A DNA stretch of 64,000 bases, taken from the human T2T-CHM13v2.0 reference genome, Homo sapiens. The position numbers were made by a program, and so were the translations under genes. This document shows, piece after piece, positions 37,946 through 53,739 of this stretch (its first letter is position 1; each line of letters opens with the position of its first letter). Below the pieces are notes generated by a model. The model worked only from the letters and a program-made list of their open reading frames with translations, searched no databases and had not been told where the DNA came from. The stretch lies in NCBI RefSeq assembly GCF_009914755.1, contig NC_060927.1; one strand, given 5' to 3'.

Positions 37946-40900
37946 CGGCGTGCAGGCATTTGCAAAGCGTTCCAAAAACAGCCAATGGGATTCACAGTAA
38001 CGTGTGGACTATGACCAAGCAGTGAAAGTCAAAAGTTCTTTGTATGCAGAAGTGTTCTGTGTGAACAGGTCAGGATATTTTACTTTATTTATAGGCTTTA
38101 TAGTAATACTTGTCTGATGAAGCCAAATACTAAATATAATTATTTAAAATATTCTGACTCTTCTTTCCCTTCAGGCAAGTCTTCCTACTGAATCCGTGTG
38201 ATTAATAGGACTTTTATTCTTATACTCATCCAGGACTGAAACCTTAATTGCCTTCTCTCTTAATTACCTCATTGCCACTACTCTGTTCAGTGGGTTGCCA
38301 AGTTGTGACCATTCTCCTTTCCCAGACTTTTCACATGGATCTTTACCTTTCTGTGTCGAGACATCCTAATTCATGCAGCTATTACTTCTTGTTGAGAAAA
38401 AAAAATAGCTTTTAACAGTAATGACATCAGAATTTTAATTTTGAAAGCTAAAAGAAGTAGACTCTGATCTCACCTGCATAGCTTACCAGCCATATGACTC
38501 TTAGCATTACATTATTTCTGAGCTTTAGAGTTATTTCTATCACAAGAAGATAACAATAACTAGTTTGAAAAGTTGGACCCTCATATATAAAGTGTAAAAA
38601 TGGAATGAGACAATATATGCCAAGTATCAAGCTCTGCACCTGGTACAAATGGGATCTATTTTTACTGTTTTCCTTGTGAATACAATACATTGTGAAACAG
38701 AATTTTTCCAGTTCTCTTCCTTCTGCATATCATTCTCAAATCAAAACTTCTAAAATCCCCTTTGATGGTACTAATTATCTTCTTAAAACTCCATAAAAAT
38801 CTCCCAGTACTTACTCAGTTTTCTTAATTTAATATATAAAACCCACCATAATAAAGACTCTATAATTTTAGTCTTAATCAACACCATATGTAGTCATCTC
38901 CGGTTAACCTTGGCTCCTTGCCATTCCCTTTTCACAGCCTTATTTTCCTCCCACAGCTCATTTAATCATGTTGATTCTTTTGCCTGGAATCAGCTCCCCT
39001 ACAGTCATTTTCTGTAGAGTTCGAAACATATATGGAAAAACCCTGTCAAAGCCAGGCTCATTCTATGCCAGATGTAGCTAATGAGAAGAGTTCTATTAAT
39101 TGTTTTTTAGGGCTCTAGCCACTACTTTAAAAGCACTTCTTATTTTCCCATGAAGAGACAAAAATCTTGCTCAATGGAGCCGGACTTTGACATGCTGACC
39201 ACTCAGCATTCATGGGAATGTGTTCTGATAGCTATTCATCAGCAACTTACTTTTATTGTTTCCTCTGACTGTATCACTGCTCTTTACAGGTACCTGTTCT
39301 CTTTCATCTGGTGTTCCCAGTCTCTTCAGGCCTGCTGAAGCATCTTTGCTGGTTCATTTCACATTTCCTGGTCCAAGACCTGGGATTTTCCGGCTACTTT
39401 ATCTCTTTCATTCATTAAATAGTTGCAGTCATGAAGCTGTATGTTTGCATTTTCCAGTCGTCTCCCAGCTCTTCTGGTTTGCTCCCTGTTTCCATCCCAA
39501 GCCACAAATATACAATCAAATAGAGCTGCCAGACAGGAACCTGTTCTTGCTCTGGAATAACTTCTTGGACTCTTTTTCTTTTCCAGTAACATCCCACTCA
39601 TTTCCTACCTCATCTAAGAAACATTCACAGTGTTGACTAAGAATGACACAAAACATTCTTTAAATGTAGCACTGGCGTAATATAACATCATTGGGTTGTG
39701 AAGAAGATTAAATGAAGGAGCTGAAAAAGAACATTTTGAGCAATGTGAATAATCTAGACTTTTGTTCAAGCTCCATTATCATGGAAATGCTTTTAAAAGA
39801 TGACTGTGCATAGGGCTATTTGAAGTCCTGCACACGGGAACTAACAAAGATACCATTCCTATCCCTTAAGAACACCCTAGCTTATTAACAGGACCATTAG
39901 CGCTATACTAAGCACAGCCATGTCTCTAACTGTGCCACTATGGCCTTCGCTGTGACTTCAAAGAAAACTCATTACTAAGTAAAATAACCTTTTGATACAC
40001 TGAAAAATATTACCTTATAAGAAAGTAGGCAAAGCATTACCTTAGACTTTTATCCCTAGCCTTTTTTTTTCTCTTTTGGATGTGAATTTGGGTTCCATTT
40101 CATAAAGTACTTCGAAGAAATGTACATCCAAAACAACTTACCAAATTACATTCACCACATTATAGAACTTTTATGTAAGAAAATTCTCATATATATAAAT
40201 TCAGAGGAAGAATTAATAGAATATTTCTGACTGGAGTTCTCTGTAGAGACACTTTTCAATGATGAAATGATGAATCTGTGTCTCATTAACCAAGGGAATT
40301 TTTCCCATGGCAAGTGTTTTAGAATACCAATATTTTTTCTTCCAAGTGTATCTTCTCTCACTATATACCATCACTACAGCAAGAAACGAGTGGTAATCAG
40401 GTCACAGTTCTACATGTGACTAAGAGCAAAAATTAATTTTAATAATATTGTAAGAAACCAGGAAGGGAATATATTGAAATCTTTTACACTATCCATTTCA
40501 AACATGAGGGGCATTTCTGTAATAATAGTAAGACATTCACCTCAAATTTAGATGTATGCATGTAACTACAAAGAGCCTCTTTCAACATGAAAATGGAAAG
40601 ATTTCTATTAAATTAATGTCAAGAAAATGCTGTATATATGATGCGTTTAAGAACTCAGAAGATGTGGAAAACTATCCCAGAGTCACTTCCTAATTAGAGG
40701 TGAAGCAAAGGCCAGATACTGGTCTCCGAACCCCAGGCCAGTCTTCTTTTCTTGTGTCAATATTTCCACGTCAAAAACAGGAAACTGCAAAGATCTGAGA
40801 AGTACTTCATATATGCTAGCTCATTTATTCTAGCAACATCTATATCAGGGAAGCAGGGGTTAATTATTTTCCATTTTTATTATCTAAAAAATAAGTAGAT

Positions 40901-42223
40901 CTGGAAATAAAGTACTGAGCTTCTGTCTGTTCATTTAATCAGTCTCATAAAATAATGTGTGCTTATGATCTGGTATGAAGAATTAATGGTTGCATACTTT
41001 TATAACAACAACAAGAACAAAACACATTCATAGTTTATTTGCTATCTGTTAAAAATGTAAACTAGTCTTTTTTCAAGGCTAGAAATTTTGCAAATCATTC
41101 CAATGTTTATACCCTTCAAGTAAGAGATGGAAAGCTTCTCAGGGGAATGCCTCTGAAGCAGTTTACTTAGCTTATATTACATGTAATGTGCAGATGGCCA
41201 ATTATTCCAGTTATGAATCTAGACTACTCTCCTCAAAGTAAAGAACAAACTAGATATTTTATCTGTCTCTTAGTTTGTTTTTCTTATGATATAGTTTATG
41301 GTTGTTTCCAAATGTTCATGTTTTTAGAATGCTTTAGGGGATAAAATAGTCTTGGAGTAGACAAATGAGGAATACCAAAGAATAGAAATGTTTAGAATTA
41401 TGTGGAGTAGGGAATTAATTATCATATATACAATTTTTTCTCTGAAATAGATTTAAAAAATATTTATCAGTATCTAAATATTACCACTGCTGCTATAAAT
41501 CTTAATTTTCACTGAAAATGACAAATTTATTAATATAAACTTAGCAAGATAAAACCCTTTACCAGAGAAAGTCTTGTTTCTTGGGTAGAAAGTTCAGGTT
41601 ACAAAATGTCTTTAAAGAACACGTTAATGACCATCATCCACTTGAAAATACAGGATTGTTCTTTGTTTCGATGTGACTATATCAATATGTACTAAAGCAA
41701 TAGAAACCATTTAAAGTAAGTTTGAAAATATATTCTCATAATTCTGTAAATATAATCAATTCAATTATAGGACAGACTAGATTTCAACTAACATATAATT
41801 AAGTACCATGCTTATGTCTTGTATAATGGCCAAAATCTAGTTTAACACCTGCTTAACTACACATTAATCAAAACATTTTAACATAATAATAAAAATTATC
41901 CTTTAATTGACTGTCAAGTTTAGCACAAACTCCAAAACTGCATAGCCAAAATTTTATACATATTTAAGCATATTTGTTGGAGGGAAGAGAATGATGGTAA
42001 CTCATATATTATAGTCCTTTGTCCCCAAATAATTGTACCTAACCAATATAAATCTTGAGTTTATATGTCTAAACATAAAAGAAAAATATTTTTAATCATG
42101 GGGAAAGTTTTCTAACCTTTTTTGAGCCTGTTTCCTACTGATGATCCGTACCTATGGATAAGCTAATTGGAAAGGAAGACCCAAATTAATATTAACAAAG
42201 ACTTTACCTGTGTAGTACTTTTT

Positions 42224-44151
<1,928 letters not shown>

Positions 44152-45199
44152 TAAAATTATACTCTGCATAATCTATATATTCTTTTAGTATCAGAATGCA
44201 TATTTTGCTTTACAAATGGGAATATTGCTTTCCACTCCCTTTAATGTAAATATAAATATAACTGTTGTTATGACACATTAGTTAAGTATTAAAGCATTAT
44301 GATATTTACTAGGGAGCATAGCAAGATGTTTTTGCTTAGGGGTGGACCAATGAAATGAGAAGATGTGAACATCTATGTCTTTATTTTTACAATTTCGTGG
44401 TTTCAAATTTTATATCGTGAATCATGAATTTTAGGCTTACAATTAGACAAAACAAAACTATTCATTTAAACTTCAGTAATTAATTCATCAGAAAATTGTC
44501 ACTGATCCCCTTCCTTTTATTCTGAGAATAATGCATAGCACAAAGCATTTTTAAAGTACGTTTCCATTTTAAATAATAATCTAAACAATACTTTGCTGAC
44601 GTTGACTAGGCTTGATAGAAAATGGTAATATTTATAACAGTGGGCTGTAAGATACTGAAATAATAAAGGATCAGCTGTATTCACAAGGACAACAAAATGA
44701 CTAACCAATTTAGTGTACTGGTCATTTCAGAAAAATAATTGTAAATTTAGTGAGCTAAAATAAAAATGAAAAAACATTTGTGCCAGTTATTTAATGGTCT
44801 GATTTCTGTCAAAGTGGCAGCCCTCTGGAGAAAGTCAAATAAAATATTCCAGGATAACATCACTGGTATCAGTTTGTTCAATTGATGTTTGGGTCATTTT
44901 CATAAAAGTGCAGCAGAAAATGTGTTTTAAAATCTCAGTTTTTTTCAGCTCTGATTGTTTGGTTCTCTGGTAAGTCCACAGTATTAATACTTTTAGTTTG
45001 TCAGTCTTTTATTATAATAAATTATAATAGTTAAAAACCAAGAAATGAAAAATGTAAGTCAAGTCACTTAGCTATTGTAATATTTAATCATGGCTGAAAT
45101 AAAGTGTTATAAATGCAATTTTTATCCTTGCACCACCAAGTTTATTTTTGAGTAAAAGACAAAAACAAAACCAAGTGCTCTCTGACCATCTGATTATTC

Positions 45200-47280
45200 A
45201 TTTATTTATGTATTTATGTATTTATTTTTATTTTGATAGGTTTTGGGGGAACGGGTGGTGTTTGGTTATATGAATAAGTCCTTTAGTGGTGATTTCTGAG
45301 ATTTTGGTATACCCATCACCCAAGCAGTGTACATTGTACCCAATGTGTAGTCTTTTATCCCTCACCCCCTCCCATCCTTTCCCTCAAGTCCCCAAAGTCC
45401 GCTGTATGATCCTTATGCCTTTGTGTCCTCATAGCTTCGCTACTACTTATGAGTGAGAACAGATGATGTTTGGTTTTCCATTCCTAAGTCACTTAACTTA
45501 GAATAATGATCTCCAATTCCATCCCGGTTGCTGCAAATGCCATTATTGTGTTCCTTTCATTGTTGAGTAGTATTCCGTGGTATACACATACCATATTTCC
45601 TCATTGATTGATGGGCATTTGGGCTGGTTCCTTATTTTTGCAGTTGTGAATTGTGTGGCTATAAACATGCATGTGCAAGTATTTTTTTTTTTATAATTAC
45701 TTATTTTCCTCTGGGTGGATACTCAGGAGTGGGGTTGCTGGATAAAATGGTAGATATATTTTTAGTTCTTTAAGGAATCTCCATACTGTTTTCCATAGTG
45801 GTTGTACTAGTTTACATTCCCACCAACAGCGTACAAGGGTTCCCTTTTCACCACATCCATGCCAACATCTATTTTTTTTTAATTTTTTGATTATGGCCAT
45901 TCTTGCAGAAGCCAGGTGGCATCGTATTGTGGTTTTGGTTTGCAGTTCCATTATCATTAGTGATGTTGAGCATTTTTTCATGTTTATTGGCCGTTTGTAT
46001 ATCTTCTTGTGAAAAATGTTTTTTCATATTGTTAGCCTACTTTTTGATGGGATTGTTTGTGTTTTTCTTGTGTTTCTTGTGTTTGTGGTTTTTTTTTCTT
46101 TTTTTTCTTTTTTTGATGATTTGTTTGAGTTCCTTGTAGATTCTGGATATTCGTACTTTGTTAGATCTATAGATTGCAAAGATTTTCTCCCACTTGGTGG
46201 GTTGTCTGTTCACTCTGCTGATTGTTTCTTTTGCTGTACGGAAGCATTTTAGTTTAATTAAGTTCTATCTATTTATCTTTGTTTTTGTTACATTTGCTTT
46301 TGGGTTCTAGGTCATGAAGTCTTTGCCTAAGCCAGTGTCTAGAAGGGTTTTTTCCCAACGTTATCTTCTAGAATTTTTATGGTTTCAGGACTTAGATTTA
46401 ATTTGGTTCGTCTTGAGTTGATTTTTGTATAAGATGAGAGATGAGAACCCAGTTTTGTTATTCTACATGTGGCTTGCCACTTACCCCAGCACCATTTGTT
46501 GAATACGGTGCCCTTCCCCACTTTTCGTTTTTGTTTTCTTTGTTGAAGATCAGTTGACTGTAAGTATTTGGCTTTATTTCTGGGTTCTCTATTCTGTTCC
46601 ATTGATCTATATGTCTGTCTTAATACCAGTATCATGCTGTTTTGGTGACTATGGCCTTATAGCATAGTTTGAAGTCAGGTAAGGTAATGCCTCCAGATTT
46701 GTTCTTTTTGCTCAGTCTTGCTTTGGCTATGCAGGCTCTTTTTGGTTCCATATGAATTTTAGAATTTTTTTTTCTAGTTCTGTTAAGAATGATGGTGGTA
46801 TTTTGATCGAAATTACATTGAATTTGTAAATTGTTTTTGGCAGTATGATCATTTTCACAATATTGATTCTACCCATCCATGATCATAGGATGTGTTTCCA
46901 TTTGTTTGTGTCATCGATGATTTCTTTCAGTAGTGTTTTGTAGATTTTCTTGTAGAGGTCTTTCACTTCCTTGGTTAAGTATATTCCTAAGTATTTAATT
47001 TGTTTCGCAGCTATTGTAAAGGGGGTTGAGTTCTTGATTCGATTCTCAGCTTGGTTGCTGTTGGTGTATAGCAGGGCTACTGATTTGTGTACATTTATTT
47101 TTTAATCCTGAAACTTTGCTGAATTCATTTACCCATTCTATGAGATTTTTGGATGAGTCTTTAGGGTCTCCTACTTATATGATCATGTCATCAGCAAAGG
47201 GCGACAGTTGGCTTCCTTTTTAACAGTTTGGATGTCCTTTATTTCTTTCTCTTGTCTGATTGCTCTGGCTAGGACTTCCT
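45200..47280 (-). mobile_element. L1PB (L1PB1-like), 5'-truncated (~2.1 kb)
   Basis: ggttttgggggaacgggtggtgtttggttatatgaataagtcctttagtggtgatttctgag 3' UTR; frameshifted ORF2 fragments. Confidence 0.92.
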
Positions 47281-47487
47281 CTATGTCCATTTCAAATTTG
47301 TTATTTAGAAATAGCTTATAAAGAGACATGTTAATCATTTTGAAGGAGACTGAGAACTGTTGATTTGTGGTTTACTGATATAGTTAATTTGGGGGAGGGT
47401 GAGCAAATACAGTTTTTTTTCTTTTCATTTTTCTTTTTATGTATTAGTCATTTTATAAACTATATAAATTACACTATAAAAAATATA

Positions 47488-47826
47488 CCATTGGCTCTCC
47501 ATATCCAGGTGTTTCACATCCATGGATTCAACTAACTACAGATTGAAAGTATTTGGGGAAAAAAAAATCCCACAAAGTTCCAAAAAGCAAAACTTGAATT
47601 TTCTCCGTGATGAGTACTATGTTGAATTCATGTGAATTAAATGATATGTAGGCATTGTATTAGGTATTATAAGTAATTTAGAAATGCTTTAAAGTATATA
47701 AGAAAATGTGGATAGGTTATATGAAAATACTAGGCCAGTTTATTTAAGGGACTCGAGCATATGCAGAATTTGGTATCCACAAGGGCTCCCAGAACCGATT
47801 GCTGGCAGGTACCAAGGGATGACTAC
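47488..47826 (-). mobile_element. MER2B-like (TcMar-Tigger) MITE
   Basis: catccatggattcaactaac...cacaaagttccaaaaagcaaaacttgaattt...taccaagggatgact. Confidence 0.85.
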
Positions 47827-47840
47827 GTAATGATTTACGC

Positions 47841-47999
47841 CAGTGCTGATCTAATGTGCATACAAATCACCTGGGGATCTTGATAGACTATAGATTCTGA
47901 TTCAGAAGACCTGGGGTGGGACCTGGGATTCTGCACTCCTAGTAAGTCCTAGTTCATGCAGATGCTGCTTGTCTGAGGACTACACATTGAATAGGAAGG
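47841..47999. mobile_element. MER5 (A/B) hAT MITE
   Basis: aatcacctggggatcttg...gattctgattcag...ctggggtgggacctgggattctgca. Confidence 0.8.
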
Positions 48000-48036
48000 A
48001 TCTGTACAACATTGAGTGAGTAGCAAGGATCTCATG

Positions 48037-48038
<2 letters not shown>

Positions 48039-48072
<34 letters not shown>
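48039..48072 (+). repeat. (CA)n microsatellite
   Basis: Seen directly. Confidence 0.95.
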
Positions 48073-48077
<5 letters not shown>

Positions 48078-48297
48078 TGCACAGGGTTGAGTTGTGTATA
48101 CTCCTAAATTCTGAAGTTGTGTTATTCTTCTCATTCACCATCATCATTAAAACACACCAGGCCCCTCTTTTATTTAACCAGCACATTTTTATCTTATCTA
48201 ACCTCTCAGTGCTTTCATCTCAGCATGTGAGATTTCTCATCTCTGAAGGTTTATCTTCCCTGATGCTGTTTGGCTAATTGGCACTTGAATACACTGA

Positions 48298-48611
<314 letters not shown>

Positions 48612-50029
48612 AACACTGACTTTTCAATTAGGTTTAAAAGTATCCCATCTTGTCACACATATAAAGTATATATATATATACTGGTTACTAACAGAGCATA
48701 TTTTCTTTACACAGCCAACCAGATGAGATTGAAGTGGGCATCAACAGTTTGAAAAAGCGTGAAATAGAATTAAGGATGTACAATTAGAACACAACTTACT
48801 TATTTTAATGCTAATTTCTTCTAAATTTCACCCACAGTAACTTTGGCTCTATGGCTCTGAACTAATATACTATTTTTATTTCAATAGTGAAGACACTTTG
48901 GTGTCACCTTGGTAGAGATGACAATAGTATCGTAGTGAAATTATTTATTTGTAACATTTCAAACAGTGAGTCAATGATGGAGTCAGGCTTAGGACTTTGT
49001 TTATCCAATTTTCTCATTATACTATGCACATGTAGCATTGAATCAGGGATTGAATTATTGACGTAATGGGTCTGTTTGAGTCTTTATCTGGATTACAAAG
49101 AGTGCATAACATGAACAGAGAATTAGCTAGCTACTAAAATAAAAGTTGGTCCCCCTCAGTCTTTATGAAGCATAAACAAGGTACAGAGTATGATATAAAT
49201 GCTGCAAGCTAAAAGTTAAAGTGCTAAAATGTAGTGTCGCAGTCTTTTTTGTATGGTATCCTTTCTTTCGAGGCACATAATCCATTTAATTTTCATCTCA
49301 TATCTAATGGATTCTTATAGTTCATAAATACGCTTTAAAATATCACTGAATAAAAATAGTACATGTGTTTAGCTTTGTTCAAAACCTCTTAATAATGTAA
49401 GAAGATAAAACTCTTCTCTCAGCTCTTCTTCAATAGACATAGGTTTGTTTTAAAAATAACTTCTGTCTATAATTTAATCTTAGTGTCTTGTAAAGTCCTG
49501 CTTTTAGTATCTGCTCTCAGAAGTGAACTGTGTGTCAAATTTCCATTAAGCTGAAGGTAAAAAATTAATGAGGCACTTACTTTAGATATTTCAAAACTAA
49601 TGCAAGTCTATCAGTCATGCAGCACAAAAAAATCAAAGATTTGGGTATGTTCAATTATGGTTTAGGGTTCACTCATATTTAACATTTAAATGCATTGCTT
49701 CATAAGCTTAATAGAGCATTCTAGAGAAAAATGGAATGCAGTTATTGATTTTTTATTAACATAAATATATCTTAAAGATGATTTTATTTATTTAAAGACT
49801 TTTTATCTACAAAACTTAATTTTAGGGCAAGGATAATCAGCGAATTGATAGGGATAGACGGGTTTTGAAAGTTTATTTAATATGTCTGCTGGGGGAGAGT
49901 ATTAGTTAGCCAGGGTGAAAGCATAACTATATAGCAAGCATAGAATTATAATTTATTCTTCAATTGTACACCAGCTCAATTTTGGCAGGACTCAGAAAAC
50001 CATTAAGACATAGGCATTAAGATTATTTT

Positions 50030-50545
50030 TCAAACAATTGTTGATTCTTTTTTCTACTATTAATTATTGAACTCCCGTTATGTACCTGACAAGGTGCCAG
50101 GCATTGTGTATCATACAATGATATAAGTGACTTGGTCCTTGCTTTCAAGAATTTATAGTTCAGAGGGAACAAACAGTGATTTTACATAGTGATAATGTTA
50201 ACTGAAAATAGCAAGCATTGCAAAAAAAAGGTGCAGATATAGCACACAGAGCTGAGGTTGCCAGAGAAAGCTTCACGTAGAAGATGACTTGTAAGTTGGG
50301 CTTTGAAGGAACTGAGTACTTTAGATGCATGTGATGCATGAGAAAAACAAGTGAAGTAAGAGGAATGGCTTAAGCAAAAACATGGGGGACGTGGCTCATG
50401 GAGTATGTAAGGGTATAGCTTAAGATTTTGCTTAAGATGTATGAAGAAAACTGATAGGAAGTAATATTGAAGTATAAGGTTTGGGATCATGAAGGGCTTT
50501 GAATGGCAAGCTAAAGAGTTTGGTGTTTGAACTGGGGAGAGATAC
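50030..50545 (-). mobile_element. L2 fragment
   Basis: ttattgaactcc...gtgccaggcattgtg...ggtccttgctttcaagaatttatagt...gaagggctttgaatggcaagctaaagagtttgg. Confidence 0.75.
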
Positions 50546-50893
50546 AATCATACAGCATCTTAAGAAGTTTCCGCAATCATGAAAACTTCGAAATGATAGA
50601 CAGCACATTGTGCATCAATATTATTTCATTATCTCATGCACATTAAAAGCTCCAAAGGTAATGGCTGAGAGAGAAAACACATACTGGGAAAACCAGATGG
50701 CTATCCCAGCGTTTGTACAGACATTGTCTATGCTTTGAAACATGAATCAATTTGTCCTCAAGTGCAGCCTGGAGCAGTAGGAGACTTGAGGCTCATCACT
50801 TTTGGCTGAGAGCAGCCTCCTATGGTCTGAAAATCCCCTTTGGTTTACCTCAGTAGGTTGTACAACTATTAGCATTCTTCTACATAAATTATG

Positions 50894-51070
50894 CAGGGCC
50901 TGGTACCTTGGCATGCCACCTGTGCAGTCTCACAGAGTCCCCTCTCCAAAGGGCCCCACACTTGATTTAATGCTCTCCTATTGCCATATGGAAATTCTTC
51001 ATACTTTTTAAACAAGAGGTCCCACATTGTCATTTCACTGTGGGTCCTGCAAATTATATAGCCACTTGTG
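50894..51070 (+). mobile_element. MER91A (hAT-Tip100) MITE
   Basis: cagggcc...acctgtgcagtctcacag...gggccccacacttgatttaatgctct...tcctgcaaattatatagcc. Confidence 0.8.
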
Positions 51071-51669
51071 GTTCCATGAATATGAAAACTGTTGGGAAAT
51101 AATGACCTACGCTGTGGTCCGAATGCACTGTTATCTATATAAGGGAGCAATGAAATTATGAGGCCAGCACTGCTCTTATATAACAAAATGGATTCTAAGC
51201 TTAAATCTTTATTATTTTTTCTTCAAAGCCATGACTTCCACGGCTGCCATAGGCCAAACCAAATATAATATTTTAGCCTTGTGGTCTCCCAGATGATAAA
51301 TTAAGGAAACACTCGTGTAACATATTTTCTTATTTATAATCTACCTCCTCCTGTAGCCTGGATACCAGTATCATCAAGCTCTGCGCCCTCTGAAGTCCCG
51401 TCAATTAAATTCTGAGAAAAACCGTTAGCACTTATTTTCCCTAGTAAAAGTTCTGAAAAATATAGCACTGCATTTGAAAACATCACAGGCTGCCTGATAG
51501 AGTCATTCTGTTGGGTATTTCCTTTTCTGAGTCAGTAAAAATATATAAACTGAATAAGTATTCGTTATTTCCTTAAGCATAGTTTGTTCTCTCCATTATC
51601 TCTATTCTATTCGTGTACTTTTTTGTACTTGTGTTATTATAACTGTTTTATCTTATTTTTATTTTTTAT

Positions 51670-53392
51670 TTTTTGAAGTTATAGATGCATTTAGTTCATG
51701 TAAATAGTCAAATATTTCTACAGGTTTAATTTATAAAAATGTCACCTTCTCCTCCTCTACCCTGTGTCTCTTCTCTCCTCTCTTTTTAACTCCCCAGGGC
51801 AAATATGTAATTGTTTTTAACATCTTTAGTAGCTACTTACCTTTTATATTTACCTTCCTTCTGCTCGGTTATGTGTTGGAGTTTGTTTTTCAGTTTTATC
51901 CATTATATTGACTTACCACTTTGAGAGATAGAGACTTAACTTTCACAAGTATTCATGTACATCACTGCCTTTTTCCCTTTTCTCCTTTTTCCTAAAAAGG
52001 ATCATTTTTGTGTTAAATCAACAGTCATTATTTATATTATTATGACTATGTAAATATTATACATATTGTTCAATGATTAAATTTCTTCTTGCACAACTTT
52101 TGGTCCCTTTAAGCTAATAATTGTCTCCCTTTATAGATTTCTTATTTTTCTTTATAGCTAGACATTCTTCAAACCCTTACACTCTGATCTTACTGTAAAT
52201 ATTCTCTCAATATGTTAGCACACATCTGGTATTCTCACTAATCTGGTCTTCCTAGAGACCTCCCTCCCCAGCTCTGCTGACCGCCTGCCATCATCCTCAC
52301 TAGGTCTGCTGCCGAGGGGCCGGCCTAGGGTTGCCCTTGGCTGAGATCTCTTACTTAAGGATAACAAAATTAAGTTGATTTGAAGTTCTGTATATGACTG
52401 GGATTTATTGACTGATGAATTTCAATGGAGGATGTTGTGGGTGAGTTGTTTCTTTTATTAATAGACCTGTTTTTGGTATTTTTAGATATTTTCTATTGAT
52501 CTCATCATATTTGCTAAGAGTGAACCTTCTATTACCCTACCTGGAGAGAAGGTTTCTGTATGCCAAAAGAGAAAACATCTGAGGAGTCCAGGCAATCATG
52601 ACACCTTTTTTTGGGGGGGGCGGGGGGGACTGTGTCTCACTCTGTCACCCAGGCTGGAGTGCAAGTAGCATGGCCTTGACTCACTGCAACCTCTGCCTCC
52701 CGAGTTCAAGCTATTCTCCTGCCTCGGCCTCCTGAGTAGCCAAGATTACAGGCGTGCACCACCATACCCAGCTAATTTTTATACTTTTATTATGCACGGG
52801 GTTTCACCTTATTGGCCAGGCTAGTCTTGAAATCCTGACCTCAAGTGATCCTCCCGCCTTGGCCTCCCAAAGTACTGGGATTACAGCCATGAACCACCAC
52901 ACCAGGTCGACACCATCCTCTTTAAAGTGTGATGTTTCTCGCTGTATTTGGTGTCTCCCTGTTCACTCTCTCACTCTCAGTTTTCTGCTGAAGTGAGGAA
53001 GGAACAGGCACCCACACTGACTGGGTACATGAGGATTCCAGAGAACAAGCCATTTCACAATCAGAATTTCATCAAATCCTCCTGTTTCTGGTCTCTTTTG
53101 CAGCCCTATTTTAATAGGTACCTGGTGTTGACAATTTCTAACCCTTTCTTTGTTCGGTGGTACAAACAGCATTCTCAGCTTCCCTACTAAGAACTTAGGT
53201 TTTAGGTTTCCCCCTCAGGTCTTACATCACTGACACTTACATATCTGCTTTCCAACTAGAATCTTATTACTATCTATTCTCCTGGCCCCTGTACCTTTAT
53301 GCTTTCTCATTCTTTTGTCATCATTTTAGTGGAGTTTTATGGGACAATGGAGGTAAGTGCATATGTGCAATCTGCCATCTTTAACTAGGATA
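51670..53392 (-). mobile_element. Ancient L1ME/HAL1-like element, interrupted by an Alu
   Basis: 3'-like end (gaagttatagatgcat...gtcaaatatttctacagg) and 5'-like end (gtgcaatctgccatctttaactagga). Confidence 0.5.
52606..52908 (-). mobile_element. AluS, antisense, with a G-tract at the tail junction
   Basis: Dimeric Alu; TSD gacacc (52600-52605 / 52909-52914). Confidence 0.93.
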
Positions 53393-53595
53393 TGTCATTA
53401 TATTTGGACTAAATTTTTATGAGGTATCTCAAATAATGTTAATAAGTAAACAGGGTATAACTAAGGAGTAGATAAACAAGTGAATGAATATAAACTTACC
53501 AGTCATAATTTAAATACTTATTACAGATAACTTTTCCTTAAGTGTTTTAAATTTCTGTTTACTAAGGATTATCTTCCTTTGTCTTTTGAATACAG

Positions 53596-53739
53596 ATGAA
53601 AGTTTTAGACAAAGCCGATCAAACCTCACCTCTCTATTAGTGCAGCCCATCTCTGCATCCCTCGTTGCAAAACTGATCTCTTCGCCAAAAGCTAGAACCA
53701 AAAATGAAGCGTGTAGCTCTCTAGAGCTTCCAAATAATG
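53596..53739 (+). CDS. NAALADL2: Internal coding exon (144 nt, phase 1-1; probably exon 6) of inactive N-acetylated alpha-linked acidic dipeptidase-like protein 2
   Basis: Acceptor tcttcctttgtcttttgaatacag|AT and donor AATG|gtaaag. The open frame (D)ESFRQSRSNLTSLLVQPISASLVAKLISSPKARTKNEACSSLELPNN matches my recollection of NAALADL2 residues ~364-411. It contains an N-L-T sequon. Confidence 0.93.
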
